This document shows, piece after piece, positions 24,172 to 38,629 of a stretch of 64,000 nucleotides of DNA. The translations under genes were made by a program, and so were the position numbers. Location of the stretch: contig NC_089433.1 in NCBI RefSeq assembly GCF_026210795.1, forward strand, positions 5,642,001-5,706,000, written 5' to 3'. The first letter of the stretch is position 1; each line of letters starts with the position of its first letter. The notes beneath the pieces were generated by a model, which made no database searches, was not told the origin of the DNA, and saw nothing but the letters and a program-made list of their open reading frames with translations. This DNA is from Rhizophagus irregularis (taxonomy: Eukaryota).

Positions 24172-27100
24172 TTTTTTTTTTTTTTTGCAAGGTAGTGCAA
24201 TTTGTGAGTTTATTAATTATATAAAAAACAGAAAGTTCTGTTACATGTATAATTAATTTGTTTAAAACTCCAAACTGGTCCCCCATCTATAAGATTGCTC
24301 CCGTGCCCTACCATCACCTTATGAAATTCACCTATATCCTCCCATAGTAGCTATCAGATTATATAGGATCATCATCATCATATGGCTTTAGTAAATGCTT
24401 TCACTACCCTCTAAACAAAAAGAAGAACTATATTTGTATTTATATAATTTGAGATTGTTATATGCCTTCCAAATTACCCTATTTCCATTTTTAATAAATT
24501 GATTTATATATTGTCTTGTTTTTTCTAAAGTAACTGACAACTGTTCACCACATTTAAAAATTTTTCTTCCCTTCAGGTCATATGTACCATCTTCCACTTG
24601 CTGGGTTGGAATTCTTTCATATACGATACGTTGTTGTGCTGATATTTTTTTCCTTAAATCTTGCTTTTTAATTCCTTTTGTACGTTCTCAATCTGCAACT
24701 ATGTCACAACGTGGTTGCCAAATAACCTTATAAAATTCAGTAATAAACATTTCTAAAAAAAGGGAAGCAATTGTTAGTGTAGCTTTTTCTGATTTGACAA
24801 TAGACCTGAGTTCTCTATATCTTCCTTTTGGGAAAAGATTCCTTAACATTAGATGTACAAATGGGATAGGCAACTCTTGGTTAAAACCTGTTGTATGAAC
24901 AAAAGAAGTTTCTATTCCATAGATGTAGTTGTTGTATATCCTCTTGATTTAGTTGAATATATTCTTTTTTTGAGAGAAAGTCTTTAAGCATTTGTTCACA
25001 TTTGTTTATAGTATTGTTGGCCATTATTAACCATTTATCTCTGAGTTGCTGGCAATAAATTATATGATCATCATCTTCATTTTCTACAAGACATAACCTG
25101 CACTTTACATCTCCATATAAATCATATCTTCTTTCTTTCATAATTTCCAAAGTTGGTAATAGATTGTTTGTAAGCTTCAAGTGTTTGATGAAATTGTTAT
25201 TTACTGTTGTTGTTGTGCAGTTAAATCCTGTGTTTTTTTTAAATATTGCCCAAGTAACTTTCTCTTCTATCATGTGAGTTGTATCTTGGAAAATTGTTCT
25301 GTGTGTACGATTAAAGGACCATGATGCCTCTAGTGCAGACCCACATAAATTATCTATAAATTTCCTGATGTGTCTGTCAACCCTCTTACCATCCCAGTAT
25401 AAATCATATTTTAAGTCTTTCTGTTGTGAATCATTAATTGTAATGCACGTTGATTTTCCTGTGTCATTCTTAGCCACTCTGTCTGCTTCTTCATTACCTT
25501 TGACTCCTGAGTGACCTTTAACTTTTATTAGCTTTATCTCCAAATGTTTGCTGTCAATTAGATTAATTATACTACTAATTATGCTGTAATTGTTGCTTTT
25601 ACACCATATTCGAATTTTGTTTTTTCCATTTGTTAAATTTATTCTTGTGTGGTTGATGCTATCTATCGCGGCTTGAGAATCTGTAAAGATATTCGCCTCT
25701 CTGTCCTGTTTGTAAAACCAATATAGCTGATAGAATAGCTCCCAACTCTGCACGTGTAGATGAAGGCCAGTCTGTAATTGAGCTGCTGCATTCCAATATT
25801 ACCTCGTTTTTATCATTTATTATTACCCAACCTGTGCCCATATGTTTTGTAAAGTCGTTTAAATTTGTATTAAAGCGATCTGTTAGCGAGCCATCTGTAT
25901 ATATGTCAATTGTATTAGATGGATTGAATATTGATCTTAATTGGTGCAGCAGTGTTATATGTTGTGTCCTTGCTTCCTCATTTGATACTGTGTTTCGGAT
26001 GAGGGCCGTATCATAATCCTGAATTTGTATACGGTCGGATATCTGTTCTGAAATACATTGTCTCCTGGGCACTTTCTAGTCTCTATAATATCTTTAATAA
26101 CTTTGGTATCTGAGTTATTTTGGCAACTAAAGATTCTGTTAATGCAAGCCAAGTCCGAATAGTCCCTGTTGAAGTGGCAGTTATAGCTTTCTTTGTTGAC
26201 TCTTCTATCATTTAGTCTACAGCCACTACAACGTTGAATGACTTTTTGCATCATACCGCTATCCTCACTCTGGTTATTACTATTCCTGACCCAATGTTGT
26301 ATTGTAAACTTCCCTGTCTTATTGTTTTTTTTAATAATTTGTCCCCATACTAGTGTGCCATCCTGGTGTGTGTACACAAACTCCTTTTTCCTACTATCTT
26401 TAGACGGCATTTTCTTTGTCATCTTAAAAGCTTGCATGTTAATTAGGGCTTCTCTGTCAATTTCTGTTTCTCTTTCTGAATTTGAGGGCTCTATGTTAGT
26501 CTTGCAGAGGTCTTTTAGTTGGGTCGACTGTTGTATGAGGCCTGATAGCGTAGTGAACCACTTCGGAGTCCTACCTCTTGCTTGTCTCTTGTTAATGTCG
26601 CAAATTTGTTGCCATGTAATCGTGTTTGACGTGTCGTGGTTTAGTAACTGTAGCGCCCCATGTATTGAGAGGGCTGCTGCTTTCCTTATAATAAATTCTT
26701 TGTCCTTTTTTTGCAACTCTGACGCCTGTTGGTATACGAAATTCCTCACGTCTGGGCCAATTATTGGTATATTCCATTCTTCACTTTCCACTAACGGGTG
26801 AATTTTGAAAAGATAGTCATGTGCTTTCCTTATTACGTTGTACGCATGATTGTTCAACATCTTGTTAGGAACTGTAACGTCAGGGTCAGTCATTAATATG
26901 CATGATGTAATGTTTAGCGTTAGTTGCGCTTTTTTTAGTCTCATTTTGAGCATATCTGCCTGCTTCGATTGAGAGTTTAGAGCTACTAAAAATTCTGTTA
27001 TTTGCGCGGCTGTTTGATTTCTCCAAAGGTTTTTCAGATTCCCTTGTGCTGAGTGTAAGAGGATGTTGTTATGACAATTAATTGGAAGTCGCGTTTTGTG

Positions 27101-30100
27101 CTTGACTACCTTCATAATTGGTTTATAGATTTCTTCGTATTTCTTGTCTTCCCAAATGGTAGTCTTCAGCCTGTATTCGAGTCTTAGGAGTAGCACTGTG
27201 TTGATGATATATATTGCTTGCATGTGAGTTATATGTTTGCGTCTGATGGCTCCTAACACTGTCGAAATTTCCTTTTTCACTATTCCTTCTGTGTGCTTGT
27301 CACCTTTGTCCGCCTTAAACCATACTCCTAGTATTCGTATTGGGACTGAACCTTTGTTGGCTGTTACTTTATCTCTATTTTTCCCTATCTCGATAAACCT
27401 TTCCTCTTCATTATTATCTTCCGGATTAACAACTATAATTTCGGATTTTTCTCCATTTATCTTAATGTCATTAATATCAAAAAACTCATCAGCAATTAAC
27501 GTTATTTTCCTTGCTTCATTTTTACTTTTAGCAATCCATTGTGTATCATCTGCGTATGCTGATGCGGCGGTTTGTATTCTTACATTCCGTTTCTCATTAC
27601 AAATTGTGTTATACGGCCATTTCAGCTCCATAGAGTAACCTAATGATTCGTCCTCCTGTATTCTGTGGAGTAAAGGGTCATAAAAAATCCTCCATATTAG
27701 GGGCGATATCACCTCCCCTTGATCGATACCATCGCGCGCAGTGAAAGCATCCGTTAAGCCATAAGCCGTAATAATTCTTATCTTTCGATCCTTATATATG
27801 TTTATGATAAAATTGATGATAGTAGTTGGAATTTTAATTCTTTCTAGGGCTTTTTGTAGGGGAAACATCCCAACGCTGTCAAATGCCTTCGCCATATCTT
27901 GAGATACAATCCATACTGTTTTGTTTTCTTCGCGGGCGTCTTCCAAGATACTATTTATCATTGTGAGTGGAGTTGATGTCAATTCCCCAGGTAGGCCTGC
28001 GTAATTTGGTCCTTTCAAGATTTCATGCCTACTGAGTATACTTCCGAGGCGTTTTGTGATGATTTTTACCGCGCATTTACGTAGACATTCAATCAAAAGG
28101 ATCGGACGCGTTCTCGCTAGGTTATAATCCCAATCGTATGTCTTGGGGATCGGATAAAGTTGGGATATTTTCCACTTTATTGGTATGTTCTGTAGGTAGT
28201 AACACAAACCTGTGTATTGCCTAAATAATTTATTAACTTCGATACCCGCTTTTTTTATTAGTTTGTAACTTATGTTTGATATACCCGGCGCTGAACTGTC
28301 ATTCATGGTGTTGAGCATCTCATTCCATTCTTGTTCTGTCGGTGTGTCACCCAGGTGATCATATATTTGTGGGTTGATGTCAGTTCGTGGCTCATATATG
28401 GTTTTCCATTGTTCTGGAAGGTTCTCAAATTTGTGATTCTCGCACGGAATAATGATGAAAATGCGTTAATTGCTTCTGCTTGGACTTCCTCTTTAGTGTT
28501 TAAGAGAATTTCTTCCTGTGTGTCCGTGACTATGCGGATTCTGTCCAGGTTAATTTTTGAGTATGTCTTGTCTAATATGTTATTGATCATTTTCCGTTGG
28601 TCTGTAGTGATCATGTTGTTCCTTTCTTCTATCCTTCTCTTTATTGTTGCCTTCTTTACACTCTTTGTCTTTCATTTTGATTACTCTTCTGACTATCTAC
28701 AGCCAATTTCTAGTCTCGCATTTCCATGTGTGCCAATCTGTGTCTTCTGTTAAGCTCAGATATATTTGTTCCGTATCATTCATTGAAAGTTTTGATCCCT
28801 TTTGATGCCTTGAGCAACTCCGCTCCTTTCAACTCATTCTTATATAATTTTCTCATTATACTTCTCATGTATAGGAGATCCTTACGTTCTTTTGAGGAGT
28901 CTTCAATTTCTTTATAGTTTCTGTTGAGGTTTGTTTTGGTACCTCCTACCTTTTTGTGTGGGATGTGTTTAAGTGATGCCTGCTGTATACATTTGCATAT
29001 AATGTCCCATAGTTTATTTAAGGTGTCTTCACTTCGTCCATGAGTTTCTATGTATCTGAAGGCCTTATGCTTCTCCAAGAGGCTTTTGAGGTAGTTTTCA
29101 TATTCATTCCATTGTTCATTTGTGGTGTTTTCATAATCGTATACAATACGTTTTGTATTTTTCTCTGCTCTTCTACCCCCTTTATTATTGGTAACTATTA
29201 TATCTGTGAATGAGATCTTTGCGAACGTAATGTTGTGATCGCTATCTGTAATATCTGCTGATTGGTATATGTGACTCTTCATTATTCTAGTTTCAAGTTT
29301 AGGATCCGCCCAGATGTAATCGATTCTGGTTGATGTAATTTTATTTGACCACGTAAAGCTTCTGTTTGGGATTTAATTTCCTAAATGTATCCACAAAGAA
29401 AGTATTATCTAACCATATGATGATGTTAGAGGGTTTTTTTCCAAGCTTAGAAGGGCCGCTGTAATCCAACGATTTATCAATATACATATTCAAGTCACCT
29501 ATTAAAATATAATATCTATTCTTTTGCTATGGTTAATAAATTCGTTTTTTATGTGATTGGTTAATTCGTTTTTCATTTCCGTGTCAGATGGTGGCATGTA
29601 TACGACGCCTATTATAAGTGTGCAATTCTTGAGTAGTAGCCGGGCTTCTATGTAGTAGGCACTAATTCTATTAATTTTTCCTAAATGTTTTTCCCATTTC
29701 TTGTTGATTATAATACACACTCCGGATCTCTTGATCTTGTTGTCTTTGTTAGTCCAGAATGAGATATATTCCGGATTTTGTTTATTCCAGAATTTGCCGT
29801 ATTTTCTGTCTTTGTTAGTTTCAACTATTCCCACAATATCTGCTCTTTTATTCACGCAATAATCCATTAACATGTTGAGTTTAAAGTCATCAGGTCCAAT
29901 TCCGTTAATGTTGTGTCCCATGAGTACTAAGTTAAAAGTGTTAATGTCGCTAATGTTACTATTAGAATTGTGTACGTCTTGTTCTTGTTGTGGGGACCTA
30001 ATGTTCACGTCTTTTGTGTAGGTCGCGTTATTGCTTTGAATGTTCGTGTCTTGTGTATAGGTCGCGTTGCTGTTTTGAATATTCTTGGGGGACGTGTTAT

Positions 30101-30240
30101 GAATTTGGTAGGACTTTTCCCTTTCTGTCCTTGTTTTTGGAGTAACTCTAGTGTTATTATTTGTCATTTCGGCTAGTTCAATTGTTTTTCTTATTTCGTT
30201 GTTATTTTGTTTTCCGTTTAGACCAGCTAAGGAATATTTC
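24172..30240 (-). mobile_element. 5'-truncated LINE: APE endonuclease, reverse transcriptase, RNase H, C-terminal Cys/His finger; frameshifted
   Basis: 15-bp TSD ATATAATGTAATATT (24157-24171, 30241-30255); poly(A) tail. EN: GHNING, GIVETN, TRIDYIW, SDH. RT: QDMAKAFDSV, GIDQGEVISP, YADD. RNase H: YTDGS, RAELGAI, TDSQAAI, KGHSGVKGNEEAD. C-terminal CRLC..EDDDHIIYC. Confidence 0.96.
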
Positions 30241-30331
30241 ATATAATGTAATATTGAAAAGCTCGTAAAGAATATATAAATAATAAAATTTAAAATATTT
30301 TTTGTCTTTCTGATTTTTTCAATATTTTTCT

Positions 30332-33300
30332 TTATTCTAACAAAAGTCTCGAAGCAATATTTTTACCAGATCTATTTGGCACTTTGCATTCCATCGTAAT
30401 CATATCAAGATCCTTGATAGTTTTAACATCATATTTAACATAATGTACCTTAAACGCTTTCACAACAAATAATACGAGTCGTTCCATAATACCACATTTT
30501 TTAAGTTTAGCTTTGTTAGTAGCCGCTAAATATCTGAATAACAACTACTCAACAACCTCTTGAAACATAAATTCTTCAATTTCTGTGGTTGTTAGCGTGG
30601 TCCTTTGTCCTGCTCTTAGTCAGCTTTCTTTAAATTCATGGACTTTTATATCAATTTTTTTATTTACTTTGCTACGGAAGTCCGTTAAAACGCGTTTAGA
30701 GTGGCCAATGACTTCTTCTGCATTGTTACTGTACAAGTCATAATTAAAGATATTCTTGACAAGTCTCTCAATAGCTACATCTGGTGGCGCTCTGCATCTG
30801 AGAAAAAGACACTTTATTTCTTCGTGCCAAAGCTGAGCAAGCGTCTTTTCATCTTCGTGTACAACTGTCGCAGATTTCAGCATTAGGATAATAGACATAT
30901 TTACATAAGATGAATCTAGCGATGTATTCATAGCATTGTACATCTGATTTGCTATCATTAATATATCCGTCCTTTCCGTTATTAGCTATTGGCAAACTTC
31001 AAAAACACTTTTCATTCCATTTAACGCCTCAGACTTGTCTATAGATGTATGATATAGTTATTAAATAATGGTATTAGTAATAAACAACGCTTAATTACAT
31101 TTACTTTTTTTTGCACTATGTGATGTAAAGACTTGCTCAGTTTTATCTTCATTATCATCCTCATCTGAGCTTTTGAGATGTTCATAGCTATCATCTGTAA
31201 TATATCATAAATAAAATAATAGTCAAAATTGTAGACAAAAAAAAATAAAGGAAAAAGTCTACAATTACATTTTTCCTCTTCACTTTCTGATAGTTGAAGT
31301 AAATTAGTGATACTGTCTTGACATTTTTGATGTTTACTTTCAGGTAAATTGGTGGATATGATCCGTCTTTTATTTGTAACTTTATTCGACTGACTTTTAG
31401 ATGCAGATTCTATTTTGTTGTTTCCTCTGTGTATTTTGTTAGACTTGTCAATAGTCACACTACAATCCAATTTGAAGGGTAGGAATTGCAACCTTTCTGG
31501 GAGTACTGAAGTGTTAAAGCCATCAGGAGTATCTTCTGAAGCGTTAAAGTCATTAGGAGCATCGTCATGTATTGTTGTTGCTTCATCGTCAAGAATAGTA
31601 ATGACATTAGGAATTGATTCAAAAGATTTTGTTTCAGTATAATCAGCTTCAACTTCATCTTCTTGACTTAGAGTGCATGTTTCAATTGGCTCCTTTTCCT
31701 TACCCTGACCACGGTCGTCTAGTTATTAAAATAAATCATAATACAAAGGAAAATTAGGAAAATATAATGAATTTTAAAAACCAGTAATTAATAAAAATCA
31801 TATGTGCCGATTTTTGGAATTAGTTTAAATTAAGATTTTTATAAAAATTTAATATTTTAGTAAGATTAACATTACACAAATCTAAATTAAATATGTGTTA
31901 CATATTTACGTAACTCAGATTTAATAAAAAATAAAAAAAATTTTTTTAATCAATATTCAAAAATAACGGTAATAACCACTTCTTTTTTCCCATCACTGCC
32001 CATCACTTTTCCATCATTTTTCTATTCACTTTTATTAAATATGACAAAAAAGTTTATAAGCAAATATAGCAGTTATTTTTAAGTGGTAAGTAAAAGAAAA
32101 AACTTAATATTTTATATACATAGATAAGACATATTTTTTCATAATTTTTAGCTTTAATTTATTGTTTTTTCTTTGTAAAAAATACATGCAAATAAAAAAT
32201 AATTATGATGTAAAATAGTTGTAAAATGAATAATAAGATATTCTTTTTTTTCAAAATAACTAATTATATATTTGTTTTTTATCTTTTAAAATTATTTTAT
32301 TAGATTTATTCTACTAAAATCCTTAAATGGCAAATAAAATCTTTTAAATAAAGTAAAAGAATTTGGGATTCTCTTATGAAAGCATTTTTTGGTAAGAAAT
32401 AAAATTTTCAGATCGGACTTTATGCAGGTGACAAAATCGTGCATTATTATTCCTGGAGATATGCTAACGTCATCATTTTACATTCATTTGAAAGCTGAGA
32501 ATTTGCTCTATCGTAAGAATCAAAGATCAGGAAAATTGGATCACTGGATGAGGCGTAATTAACGATCAAAGTCAAATCAAATTTAAAAATTAAAAATAAA
32601 TATATTAGACGTAATTATTCACAATCCAGTGATTCAATTTATTCGATTTTAGGCTTATTAGATAGACCTCGATTTTCTCTTTCAAATGAATATAATTTCA
32701 TTCGTGTAGCTTGCATCTACAGGTATTTAATAAATTTTTTTATATCAGATTTTATCAAACTTATAAAATTTTATATTAATAATATAATTGATGATTCCTA
32801 AACATCTACATATATTAAACGAATTATTTTAAATTTATTTTAAAGATAAAAGTTGGCATCACCTTAGGGAGCAAAGTTCATTCAAATTGAATCACTACAT
32901 GTGAAGTAATTAATGATCAAATTTAGATAAAATTCAATAAATATACTGAACGTGATTACTGAACAACTAGTGATTCAATTCACTTGATTTTAGATTCATT
33001 AGATAGATCTCGATTTTCTCTTTCAAATGAATGTAAATTTATTTGTATAGCTTATTTCTACGAAGAATTATCAATGATTTTGTCATGAGAGTTATATTTG
33101 ATCTTTTAAATTTTAAAGATATCTTATATTAAAAAAAAATTAAAAATTATATAATTAATTAGTTTTTTTTGCATTATCTAGTATAAATTTATTATTCTTA
33201 TATAAATGATAATTTATATTTGCTTTAATAAAATTATTTTTGTGTAAAAAAATTAGATTCCAAGGATCAGCCCATATGTATTTAAAATTATACTCGTTTT

Positions 33301-33607
33301 AGCTTTTTTCTTTTTGATAGTATTTACAGAAGGTTCGACTGAGCCAACTGGCTGATTCGTTCTACCACGACCATGACCACGACCACAGCTATTACCACAA
33401 CTTCGCCCACCACTATTTTTTCCACGATCTTACAATTAAAATAAAAAAATTAAAAAGTAAATAAAAATTTTGCGACAACATTGTAATTGTATATTAAAAA
33501 AAAATAAAATTTGCATCAATATTGCAATTTTATATAAAATAATTACTTGCGATTTCTGTTATTTCATTTGATGCTGTAACTTTTCGCACTTTTTGTACTC
33601 TTGTCAT
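30332..33607 (-). pseudogene. Transposon accessory gene of unknown function, divergent from the Plavaka-like transposase; interrupted by 31799-33278
   Basis: Spliced fragments: MTRVQKVRK, an RG-rich exon (33300-33430), an acidic linker and helical C-terminus LWHEEIKCLFLRCRAPP...RVLTDFRSK; contains stops. Confidence 0.55.
31799..33278. mobile_element. 1.48-kb CATATG-ended TIR element, copy 2 (in an intron)
   Basis: Same orientation as, and nearly identical to, 7524-9001; TIR CATATGTGCCGATTTTTGGAAT / ATTCCAAGGATCAGCCCATATG. Confidence 0.92.
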
Positions 33608-34043
33608 TATAAATAACTATTACTGTAGACACGAAATTTGAAATAAATTATTTTTCGTTACTAATTTTATTATTGTGTATGGTAGGTATGGTAGGTAAGA
33701 AACAAAGTTTATCGTTATATAAGGGAAAATTTAAAAGACTATTTAATATTTATTTAAGCTTAATATAAGAAAAGTCTATATCTATTTAGGAAATAATTTA
33801 AATAAGCTTCTATATATATTTCAATAAATAAACTTTCTACATCAATGTCGATAAATAAAATTTTATATCGAAAATGAAAATAAATTTTATGTTAAAAATG
33901 AAAATATTGTCTAAGAAAAAGAGTTTTTTACAATTTTTATTTTTGAATTTTTTTTTTGAATTTTTCACTAGTAATAACAATATCAACTCATTGATTAAAA
34001 AGCCTTCGCCCTTAAGCAATTATTCATACTGTTGTCCTTAAAC

Positions 34044-35502
34044 TAAGGATGACGCCGCAAATAGGCAATTGCGGAATAATTGCGATTTGCGGTATTGTGG
34101 AACATTGCGGATTTTGAAGTCTAAATATCTGCAAATCCGCAATTCGCAATTATTCGCAAATCCGCAAATATTCCGCAATTCCGCAAATGATCTAAAGTAC
34201 CGTAATTCAATTGCGGTACAATTGCAGTACTTTACGAAATTGCAGAACATTTGCGGATTTGCGGATTTGCAGATTTGCCAATTATAGTCCGCCAGTCCGA
34301 CACAGATTATCAGATGAATTGCGTAGTACAAATCATCTGATGATCTCTTTTTCTTTTTTATTGAAGTTTCCGGATAAAAATTATGACTGAACTTTTTAAA
34401 ATGGAGTCTGTAGATAAGGAGAAACTGGACAGCAAGTTGTTTTTTTTAATAAATTTATTTTTTTTTTTTGATTTTGTAGAGTTGCCGGACGAAAAGTATG
34501 GCCGGACTTTTGAAATTGAGGTAAGAGAAGGACCGGGAAGGATTTTCGTTATTTTTTTTAAAATTTATTTTTTTTCATTTTTGTAGTGTTGCCAGATGAA
34601 AAGCTCAAGATAAGGGAAAACCAGAAAGGGTTTTCATTATTTTTTTTAATAACTAATTTATTTTTTTTTGTTTTTGTTGAGTTGCCAGAAGAAAAGCATG
34701 ACCAGACTTTTGAAATTAAGGTAAGGAAAAATCGGGAAGGGTTTTTGTTGCTTTTTTTTAATATTTTCAAACTAATTTATTTTTTTTTTCATTTTTGTAG
34801 AGTTGCCAAACGAAAAGCATGACCAAACTTCTGGAATTGAGGTAAGAGAGGACCGGGAAGGGATTTTGTTACTTTTTTTTAATAATTTTCACTAATTTAT
34901 TTTTTTTTTCATTTTTGTAAAGTTGCCAGGACGAAAAGTATGACCAGAATTCTGGATTGAGGTAAGGGAGGACCGGAAAATTTTTGTTATTTTTTTTTGA
35001 TAAATTTAATTAATTTATTTTTTTTTTCTTTTTGTAGGGTTTTAATAATTAAAAACACGACCAGAATTTTGAAATTGAGGTAAGGGAGAACCGAAGGAAA
35101 AGATGTTTTTTGCTAATTTTCTTTAAAAAGAAACGTCACTAACATTTCTTTTCTTTTTATAGGGTTGCTGGATGAAAATATATATAGCGGGGAGACTTAT
35201 TTTAAAAATGGACAAAATTGTCCAGAATTTTTTTCTAAGAAACGGCACAGTTATGCAATTTATAAAAATATCGGTCTATGCTTAAGACGAATGATAAACA
35301 AATAAATAAATAAATAAATAAATTTATTATATTGATTTAAAAAACATTTTTATTTATTTATCGTTATAAACGTTTAAAAAATAATTTATTATTTAAAAAT
35401 ATTAGCCAATCAGAATTGTGGAATTGCGGATTACTAACCGCAATTTGACTCCAAAATCCGCAATATTGCGGATTTGAAAAATCATTTGAGGGCCCATCCT
35501 TA
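34044..35502. mobile_element. Non-autonomous hAT-like element carrying array 4
   Basis: TIR TAAGGATGACGCCGCAAAT / ATTTGAGGGCCCATCCTTA; exact 8-bp TSD CCTTAAAC (34036-34043, 35503-35510); TTGCGG/CCGCAA subterminal repeats. Confidence 0.9.
34360..35165 (+). repeat. Array 4 of micro-exon/intron units (about 7 units, about 120 bp each)
   Basis: TTGTAG|AGTTGCC.GACGAAAAG(T/C)ATGACC.GACTTTTGAAATTGAG|GTAAG with CTAAT/CTAAC branch motif and poly-T. Confidence 0.75.
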
Positions 35503-36426
35503 CCTTAAACAATTGTAATAATCATACTATTTCATTATTTCACTGATTGATTAAATAACGCCTTCGCCCTTAAACTACTGTTTCACTGATAACGTCTTAA
35601 TTATAATAAGTCCTTCTCCTACCGTAATACTAATTTAAAACAAAGTCTTGCTCCTATCGTAACACTGATTAAAATAAATCCTTTGTTCTTACATTCCTAC
35701 TTTAACACTGATCGATTAAAAATAAAACCTTCACCCTTACACAATTTTGAATTTAAAATATCATCAAAAATAACAGAAGTTTTTTTACGACATATATATT
35801 ATAAAAATAGTTAACTATAAAGTTGTATATATTAGCGAAACTTCATAAAATAAACTTTGTAAACTTGAAAATGTGAAAAAGCCGTCTTTCGTTAACTAGA
35901 CCATTCTCTTTGCGAAAAGGTACAAAATTTTCTGGACGTAATATTCTTCCAAGGCATAAGAAGTTAAGTTCGTATAAGTAAAAATAAATTGGTATATAAA
36001 TAGACTTGAATAACCATCGGGAAATTTTTTGGGGTGCAGATCTGCGCAGATCTGCAGGTGACATTTTTGCGCAGATCTGCGACCCTGTCGGCAGTCTTTG
36101 GAAAAAAAAATTCATCAAAAACTGCGCAGAATTTCAAGAAACAAAATTCTGCGAAAATTTTTAAAAAATAAATAATGAAATTCTGCGAAGATTATAAAAA
36201 AACAAATAACGAAATTCTGCAAAGATTTTTAAAAAATAAATATTTGAAATAATTCAAATATATTTAATTTCACTGATCATCACAATTATTACAAACAATT
36301 TTATATATAGTAATTTATTTAATATGTAATTTATTTAATAAAATATATTCAAAAAAAATTGAAGAATTTCAAATACAAATTTCCGAATTCTGAAAATTAA
36401 TGTAATACGAAGAAATTTGACGAATG

Positions 36427-38489
36427 TTAAGAGAATTTTGAATCTAAACTCTTGAGCTGTAAATTTTTTTGATTTAGATTATTAGTAAAATAAATTAACG
36501 CAGTGTAAAAATCATTATATACCAGATAATAACTTTGACTTACTAATTCTTCGTAACTACTACTATTACCATCATCAGCATCGCTCGATTCTTCGATAAT
36601 AGACGAAATCTCTGGACTTTGTTCTGAATCTTCTTTCGCCGCTAACTCCTGCAACAAACGCGGAGTTACAGTAACTTTATTTTTGATCGATTGCTGATAA
36701 TTGATTATACATTAATATTTGCGAAATATTTTAAAATTTTTAACTTCAAAGTACTAATAAACGTTATTATTACCATAAGAAAATCAACTCTCTTTAAAAC
36801 TAACTTGTCATTGCATTTAATCCCAGGGCTACTGGGATTTAAGACAATATCGCAGATGGCGAGTACATAAACCCAGTGTTCTGGAGGAAGCTCACTGCCT
36901 TCGTATGATTTGAAAACAGAAGAAATTATTTTCGTGAGAATACCTTGATTTTCGAAAAGTTCTCGATATGCTTCTCGCGTTTTTGCACTTTTTTTCCATT
37001 CAGCAATCTTTTTAGAGGACGCACTGCTATCCACACGTTCTAATTTCTGCTCACCGAAGTTAGAAAACATAGTATTTTGAATATTTGCCGCTAAATCATT
37101 TCACTTACTTCGGCATTTGTTTTTTATCTTAATAATCAAATAATTTTGGATTATTATTATTATTATTATTATTGATTATTATTAATGATTTCACGTACTT
37201 CTAGTAATAACTTTGATTCGAATAGGGAAACCCACGTATTTCTTCTGAGATTTTCAATATAATGACTGGCATGTTCAGCGAGGTATTTCTCTAAAGCTTC
37301 TAAGGTTGCTTGTCTAAACCTCTTCAAAATCCTACGATTAGTTTCATCAAAATTTTACTATAGATTTATTATAGTTTCGGCAGAGTTTTGGCAGTTTCGG
37401 CATTTATAATAAGTTTCAGCAGTTTCGTCTTTCTCCAAAGTTTCGCCAGTTTTTTAATATAACTTTAATATAGTTTTGGCAGAATTTCGCTTTTCGGCGA
37501 AACGCCATCTTGCCTAAACCCCTAGGTTTCGGCAAGCAACCTTAAAAGCTTCACGGTACTCCGTATCTGAGGAAAATAGGATCTTCGGAATAAGTTCTTT
37601 GGACACCTTTTTATATGCGCGCTGTAAAGACAATCAGTTATTTTTAAATATCTTGAGATCAAATAAAGTTGCTAAATCTATTAAAGTAACTTATGTTCCA
37701 AAATTCATCCGAAAGCTCATCAACTACCACAAGTCTCTGTATCATTTTAGAATCTAATCATTGTTGCTCACTAATACGTCAGCACAATCAATATATTGAA
37801 GTGATTTTTTCGTCTAATAATTTCATAGTATAGTTGAATTTCTCAATTGTAAGGTAACGTTCGTCACGTTCTTCGAAGTTACAATATTCGTCATCAATTT
37901 GCATAGGTGTGATAGGTGTAGAAGCTCTGATAGGTGTGGGTGCTTTGATAGGTGTGGAAGTTCTTCGGTTTGAATCATCATCGGGTTTAGTTGGAGAATT
38001 TTCAAGATTTCTTGTTGAATTATTACCAACAATGGGCGTTAATGATCTACCCTGATTTTTTTTTGGCTTGCCACTTTTGATACTTTTTGTAGGATTATTG
38101 GATGTTGAAGACTTGAGAATTTCATCTGAAACAACCAACACAAACGGTCCTTCAGTATGGGGTGTTGAAGTTAAAATATTATCGTAATCAGGGCCAGTAC
38201 GAGTTTTAGTATAAGATGTTGAAGCTGAAGCATTATCATCAACATTTCCTGTATCTTGTGATGATACATCATCAGCTGTTGGTATCGATTGAACAAGCGA
38301 AGATTAATTATAATATTAAATTAATGTAAGAAATGCAATTCCTTGACGGACTGTACCTGATAAAATTTGAGATAATATATTTCCAGTTTTTTGAGAAGCT
38401 TCATCTTTTTTTTCCGGACTATTATGGGAAACTTTCATTTTTTTCTTTGCATTTTTTCCAGTTTTTTTCTTAGTATTTTTCATTGACAT
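36427..38489 (-). pseudogene. Accessory gene of the 36015-44917 element (unknown function), interrupted by a MITE
   Basis: Spliced fragments MSMKNTKKK, S/T/P-rich linker, ...EYREALEKYL (restored after MITE removal), MFSNFGEQKL...IAEWKKS...LAICDIVLNP; contains stops and frameshifts. Confidence 0.6.
37301..37544. mobile_element. 244-bp hAT-like MITE, copy 1
   Basis: TIR TAAGGTTGCTTG / CAAGCAACCTTA; 8-bp TSD AAAGCTTC. Confidence 0.93.
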
Positions 38490-38629
38490 TATTAACAACT
38501 AATTTAGAAAATTGTATAGGAAAAAATATACTTGAAATTTACGAAACAATTTAAATAAAAAATTGATTACCGAAATCGATAAAAAAATCCAAAATCTATA
38601 AATTAAATAATTTAATTATCAGTAAAAAT

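Noticed and set aside
26238..28917. Plus-strand ORFs of 60-187 aa
   Set aside because: Antisense shadows of the LINE ORF.
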